A DNA stretch of 39,117 bases, taken from positions 1-39,117 of the forward strand of contig CAYFUK010000002.1 of the NCBI GenBank assembly GCA_964346325.1, written 5' to 3'. Source of the stretch: an uncultured Candidatus Peribacteria bacterium (GTDB lineage: Bacteria; Patescibacteriota; Gracilibacteria; UBA1369; PNNO01). The notes under the pieces were generated by a model that made no database searches, was not told the origin of the DNA, and saw only the letters and a list, made by a program, of their open reading frames with translations. The stretch's first letter is position 1. Every line of letters begins with the position of its first letter. The position numbers and the translations under genes are program-made. Of this stretch, positions 35,352 through 39,117 are shown piece after piece.

Positions 35352-36905
35352 TTAAACGTTTCTGTAAATGGAACGACCGGTCTTCGGATCTTTATCAACA
35401 TTCCAGTGCCATGTTTCTCTGTAATAATTCGTACCTAAAAAGTGTGAAGCCTGCAGAGTTTTGTCGAGCAGTTGTCTTGTTTCGATAGCTTTTCTGTCTT
35501 TAGAGCTCAAACCGCTTATATTTCCTTCCAATGCTCTGTTATATTGTGCACGGCTTCCTCTGAATTTACGCATTGAGATTTTTTTGCCGTTTTTATGGAC
35601 AGAAAGGTCGATTGCACCTCCGGTATTATGATGTGATCTCCCCGGAGGAGCTACATAACGTCGGTTTAGTGCAAGTGCTCTCCGGTGAATCTCTGATGCT
35701 GAAGCATTCGGATATTTTTTTCGCATAAGCTTTTTACGACGAGCAAGACCTCTGTACCATAATCGTCTTTGGTGTTTTACACTTCTGTATGAAGAACTGA
35801 TATAAACTTCATATCCCGATAACTGTGCATATCTTTTAAATAGAGCCCATCTTAAAGCAGCTCCTGAACGTAACCTTGTTCCCGCTCTTTCTTCCGGAAC
35901 ACTTACAATGGGGTCATTTGCTCTGCAAAGTATTTCATCTTTCATATTCCATAAACGCATTTTGTCATTAATTGACATAATCTCATCCCACTTTTTTTTG
36001 AATTGTTTTTCCAGTTCGTTTTGCGGAACATATTCTTTTGATGAAACAGTACGCGGGGCTTTTTTCCTTTTTGGTTTGCTTTTTGCATTATCAATTTGCC
36101 TCCAATATTCCTGTACGGCTTTTTTGTCTTTTGGATCGGGCGTTTCAAAAGCATATTGTTTTTTGTAAAAGGCCTGATCTTCTTTACTTATTTGTCTTGT
36201 TTGTTTTTCAACTTTATATGAACTTGCACTTTTTTTGTATTCTTCAAGTTCCCGCTTGTTAAATATTTTAACGATTTCAATTTCCGTATTATTGAAGATC
36301 GGAGCATAAGAGCCGTCTTCAAAATAAAAATTACCTGAAAGCCCGCGGCGTGTTGCAAGCCCTTCTCTGCCTTTTCCGCGTTCATTTTTCTGGGTTATTT
36401 TAACCCGCCTTATTTCAGGATGATGTTTGAATAAAGTTCGCATACCGTAATGGTCCTGGGCATCTTCATTGCCCTGAAAATTTATTTTGAGTTTGTCTCC
36501 TTTCTTTGGCTTATAATCGAATTCAAGATTTGTAAAAACTTTGATTCCCGTTCCTTCCTGTAATTCCTCGGCTTTTTCTAATTTGTCGATATCGTAATCT
36601 GAGATTTTTTTAAGGATTTTTTGTTTGCTTAAATTTTTCATGGACTCGCCAAAAGCTTTTTCCAATAATTGTTTATCTTTTGAATTTAAAGAGAAAGTTT
36701 CTTTTTTTCCTGTAATTCTGTCTTTTAACTCACTTAGGCCCGCCTTAACCCTGGCTCTGTGCGTTGCCTTTTTGCCTTCCAGGTTTGCTTTTGCTGTGTC
36801 TTCGGCGGTTTTTGGCCTTAAAGAGGGCTGTTGAGTTTCTTTGCTTTCTTTTTTTTCCGGATTTTTATTTTGTTTTTTGTCTGACATTTTTTTAAGTAAT
36901 TTCAT
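35352..36905 (-). CDS. VanY/M15B-type zinc D,D-carboxypeptidase domain fused to a ~340-aa Lys-rich N-terminal region; no signal peptide
   Basis: The C-terminal ~170 aa carry SSSYRSVKHQRRLW, PPGRSHHNTGGAIDLSV (H...D zinc ligands) and RETWHW (third ligand). The N-terminus MKLLKKMSDKKQNKNPEKKESKE is hydrophilic. Confidence 0.8.
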   Translation of the reverse strand: MKLLKKMSDKKQNKNPEKKESKETQQPSLRPKTAEDTAKANLEGKKATHRARVKAGLSELKDRITGKKETFSLNSKDKQLLEKAFGESMKNLSKQKILKKISDYDIDKLEKAEELQEGTGIKVFTNLEFDYKPKKGDKLKINFQGNEDAQDHYGMRTLFKHHPEIRRVKITQKNERGKGREGLATRRGLSGNFYFEDGSYAPIFNNTEIEIVKIFNKRELEEYKKSASSYKVEKQTRQISKEDQAFYKKQYAFETPDPKDKKAVQEYWRQIDNAKSKPKRKKAPRTVSSKEYVPQNELEKQFKKKWDEIMSINDKMRLWNMKDEILCRANDPIVSVPEERAGTRLRSGAALRWALFKRYAQLSGYEVYISSSYRSVKHQRRLWYRGLARRKKLMRKKYPNASASEIHRRALALNRRYVAPPGRSHHNTGGAIDLSVHKNGKKISMRKFRGSRAQYNRALEGNISGLSSKDRKAIETRQLLDKTLQASHFLGTNYYRETWHWNVDKDPKTGRSIYRNV

Positions 36906-36965
36906 TAAATTATATCATAAAATCTGTTTTATTGGAAGCTTAAGGGAATAATTGAGGTCAAGTGT

Positions 36966-36994
36966 TTGATAGGGATATGATTATATGATATAAT
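36966..36994 (+). promoter_or_regulatory. Promoter for the C1q/collagen-like ORF (TTGATA-17 nt-TATAAT)
   Basis: TTGATA at 36966-36971, a 17-nt spacer and consensus TATAAT at 36989-36994, 25 nt upstream of the proposed GTG start. Confidence 0.55.
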
Positions 36995-37019
36995 ATTATG
37001 ATAAATATATGAGAAAATT

Positions 37020-39117
37020 GTGTTAAAAAGATTTGTTAAGAAAATCAGGTTTATATCGATAGTAATCAGTTTGCTTGTTCTGCAGATAAATTCAGTAAGT
37101 GCTCAGGGAATTTTGATTATTAATTCCGATTATATTGAAGAAGACAATACTTATATATTTGACGCCGATGATTCCGGGGGTGACATTGAATTAAGATTCG
37201 GAGCATCGTTAGGAGAATATCTTAAATGGGATTCTTTGAATAACACTTTTAAATTCAGTGATGATCTGGATTTGTCAGGCAATCAGCTTACTAATTTCAG
37301 AATTGATAATCTGGCTTCGGCACCTGCATGTGATTCTTTATCAATCGGAAGAGCTTATTTTAATACAAGCGAAAATAATTCATATATCTGTAATGGTACG
37401 GATTGGGAGCAAATTGATGCGGGCGGTGGAGTTAGCAGCAATTTAGCGGCTGTTCAGGCAAGACGGACTTCCAACTTTACACTTTCAAATCAAGATCAAT
37501 GGTATGATGTGCCACTTGATTCTACCGATGTAGAAACAGATAACACGGTTATAGAACATGATAATACAAATACGGAAAGAATTAATATTAAGGAAGATGG
37601 CGTTTATAGAATTACGTATCATATAGATGCGCTCGATACAACAACTCCGCATGGAATTCAGGCCAGGCTCAGGATAAATAATTCCAACGATGTCCCCGGT
37701 TCTTTTTTGGAAACAACCAATTATACGGACGAGCATCAGGTTACCCCTGCATCAGTTATCGATGAATTGAGCGGCGGAGATTACATAGCTTTGCAGGTTC
37801 AAAGATTAACATCAAATACCGTAATAGGCGAACCTCTTATAACCGTTGTTAAACTTGAAGGGGTAAAAGGTGAAAAAGGAGACAAAGGTGATCCGGGTTC
37901 GGCGGGCACCGGAACTGACAGTGAAACTTTTACAATAGATCAGGACGATACCGGAGGTGATTTAAAACTCCAGTTCGGTAACAGCCTGAATGAATATTTA
38001 CAATGGAATGATACTGCACAGGCTTTTATTTTAAGTGATGATCTTATATTGAATTTTAATGAATTAAAGCAGTTTAAGATAGAAAACTCGGCAACGGCGC
38101 TTACTTGTAATAGTGGTTATACAGGCCGCGCTTATTATAATACTGCTAATTTTCATACTTATATTTGTGATGGAAGTACATGGGTTCAGATAGATAATAC
38201 AGCTTCCGTAACCGATACATTGGCGGGAGTACAGGCGCGAAGAACAACAAATTTTACACTGACAAATCAAAATCAGTGGTATGATATACCTTTAGATTCA
38301 ACTGATGTGGAAACAGACAGCACGGTTATTGAACATAATAATACAAATACCGAACGCATTGATATTAAAGCGGATGGATTATATCGATTAACATATCATC
38401 TCGATGCTGATGATAGTGGTGTGACTCATGATATTCAGGGTAAACTGAGGTTAAATAATACAACCGATATTCCGGGTTCATTTTTGGAATCAACAAATTA
38501 TCAAGGCGAACATTCACCTTTAACAGGTGCAATAATTGCAGAATTATCAACCGGTGATTATGTAACATTGCAGGCACAACGTTTAACTGCAAACACAATC
38601 ATAAATGAAACCTTACTGACAGTTGTTAAAATGGATGGTATTAAAGGTGATGAAGGTATTCCGGGGCCTACTTATACTCCAACGGTCGGATTGTTTTATG
38701 ATAGTTCAGGTGGTGTTGATTTAAATGTATCAACATCCGTGGCAATACCTTTTAATCAGGAAGTGAGAAAAGATAGTGGTTACACACATGACAATGTAAC
38801 AAATAATTCACGAATCACCTTGGATGAACCGGGTTGGTATGAGGTAAGTTATAATGTTTCAACGGAAAATCAAACTATGGCCAGAAAAAATATCAGATGT
38901 GCAATTGTTTTGGATGGATCAACACTTTCAGTACCTTCCGATTCATATTCTTATAGCAGAAATACAACTAATGAATGGGCTACCAATTCCGCGACAACAT
39001 TAATCCAGACTACCTCAAGTAATCAGTATTATGAAATATTCTGCCGGGGTGAAGGTTCGGGAATTGACAGTGCTTCCGCGAATACGATTGCCGATCAATC
39101 TTGGACAATTGTTGAAA
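37020..39117 (+). CDS. Secreted modular protein (partial, >699 aa, continues past the window end): 2 x [Cys-pair module + C1q/TNF-like jelly-roll + short collagen G-X-Y run] followed by a third C1q-like head
   Basis: The frame is open from 37005 to the window end, so the ORF is not in the supplied track. GTG at 37020 gives VLKRFVKKIRFISIVISLLVLQINSVSA|QG, a signal peptide. G-X-Y runs are GVKGEKGDKGDPGSAGTG (37860-37913) and GIKGDEGIPGP (38637-38669). The jelly-roll-like segments follow the strand pattern of C1q heads, e.g. AGVQARRTTNFTLTNQNQWYDIPLDSTDVETDSTVIEHNNTNTERIDIKADGLYRLTYHL...GDYVTLQAQRL...LLTVVKMDG. Confidence 0.85.
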   Translation, partial: MLKRFVKKIRFISIVISLLVLQINSVSAQGILIINSDYIEEDNTYIFDADDSGGDIELRFGASLGEYLKWDSLNNTFKFSDDLDLSGNQLTNFRIDNLASAPACDSLSIGRAYFNTSENNSYICNGTDWEQIDAGGGVSSNLAAVQARRTSNFTLSNQDQWYDVPLDSTDVETDNTVIEHDNTNTERINIKEDGVYRITYHIDALDTTTPHGIQARLRINNSNDVPGSFLETTNYTDEHQVTPASVIDELSGGDYIALQVQRLTSNTVIGEPLITVVKLEGVKGEKGDKGDPGSAGTGTDSETFTIDQDDTGGDLKLQFGNSLNEYLQWNDTAQAFILSDDLILNFNELKQFKIENSATALTCNSGYTGRAYYNTANFHTYICDGSTWVQIDNTASVTDTLAGVQARRTTNFTLTNQNQWYDIPLDSTDVETDSTVIEHNNTNTERIDIKADGLYRLTYHLDADDSGVTHDIQGKLRLNNTTDIPGSFLESTNYQGEHSPLTGAIIAELSTGDYVTLQAQRLTANTIINETLLTVVKMDGIKGDEGIPGPTYTPTVGLFYDSSGGVDLNVSTSVAIPFNQEVRKDSGYTHDNVTNNSRITLDEPGWYEVSYNVSTENQTMARKNIRCAIVLDGSTLSVPSDSYSYSRNTTNEWATNSATTLIQTTSSNQYYEIFCRGEGSGIDSASANTIADQSWTIVE
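37137..38690 (+). repeat. Two in-frame tandem copies of a 777-nt (259-codon) unit inside the modular ORF
   Basis: Landmarks recur at exactly +777 nt: GAT..GGT of D-x-G-G at 37170 and 37947, GT(T/A)CAGGC at 37452 and 38229, and the G-X-Y run at 37860 and 38637. The copies have diverged, with substitutions of all classes and many at third positions. Confidence 0.85.

Noticed and set aside
37137-38690. Diversity-generating retroelement (template/variable repeat pair) as the explanation for the 777-nt repeats
   Set aside because: Differences between the two copies involve all four bases and are spread along the whole unit, with many at synonymous third positions. They are not adenine-specific changes concentrated at a C-terminal variable region. 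No reverse transcriptase gene is in the window. It looks like an old in-frame domain duplication.
35352-39117. Prophage remnant (M15 'endolysin' plus collagen-containing 'tail fibre')
   Set aside because: This is tempting because signal-less M15 peptidases and collagen-repeat fibres are common in phages. However, the fibre-like ORF has a clear Sec signal peptide and its own sigma-70 promoter. The two genes are divergent. No holin, portal, terminase, integrase or att-like repeats are visible, and ilvD follows the peptidase directly. It is kept only as an alternative hypothesis under the M15 finding.
1-39117. Alternative genetic code (UGA recoding, as in some candidate phyla), CRISPR arrays, tRNA/rRNA genes, IS elements
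   Set aside because: All conserved genes translate full-length with the standard code, with no in-frame TGA needed. I saw no regularly spaced direct repeats, no cloverleaf-like GC-rich segments in any intergenic gap (all gaps are short and AT-rich), and no transposase-like ORFs or terminal inverted repeats.

Overview
AT-rich, very compact bacterial chromosome segment with about 30 genes and almost no spacers; several convergent gene pairs overlap at their stop codons. I found no rRNA, tRNA, CRISPR array, transposase or integrase. All calls come from reading translations and motifs by eye, with no database search. The content is mostly housekeeping and cell-envelope genes. On the minus strand lies a heat-shock operon hrcA-grpE-dnaK with two CIRCE operators. 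It is followed by gap, tsaC, a CaCA exchanger and an SLH-domain surface protein. Next come rsmH-ftsL with a terminator, fba-fbp, and an ECF sigma factor with a FecR/DUF5667-like anti-sigma factor. A tightly packed minus-strand envelope operon follows: SLH/CAP protein, LCP ligase, rluB-like synthase, D,D-carboxypeptidase and mraY. After it come a Met-rich lipoprotein, a TrmB-like regulator divergent from a short comEC, and a co-directional block of class II ribonucleotide reductase (nrdJ), a 750-aa charged helical-repeat protein and two membrane-anchored methyltransferase paralogues. The window ends with a DJ-1/PfpI protein, a GH1 beta-glucosidase, ilvD, a signal-less VanY/M15 peptidase with a long basic extension, and a large open-ended secreted ORF that is missing from the supplied ORF track. 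That last ORF is built from 777-nt tandem units combining a Cys-pair module, a C1q/TNF-like jelly-roll and short collagen G-X-Y runs. The gene content and compactness resemble a reduced-genome (Patescibacteria/CPR-like) bacterium, but this is inference only. The best candidates for undescribed biology are the C1q/collagen modular fibre (37020-39117), the nrdJ-linked coiled-coil plus FAM173-like methyltransferase block (25237-31217), and the atypical M15 peptidase (35352-36905).
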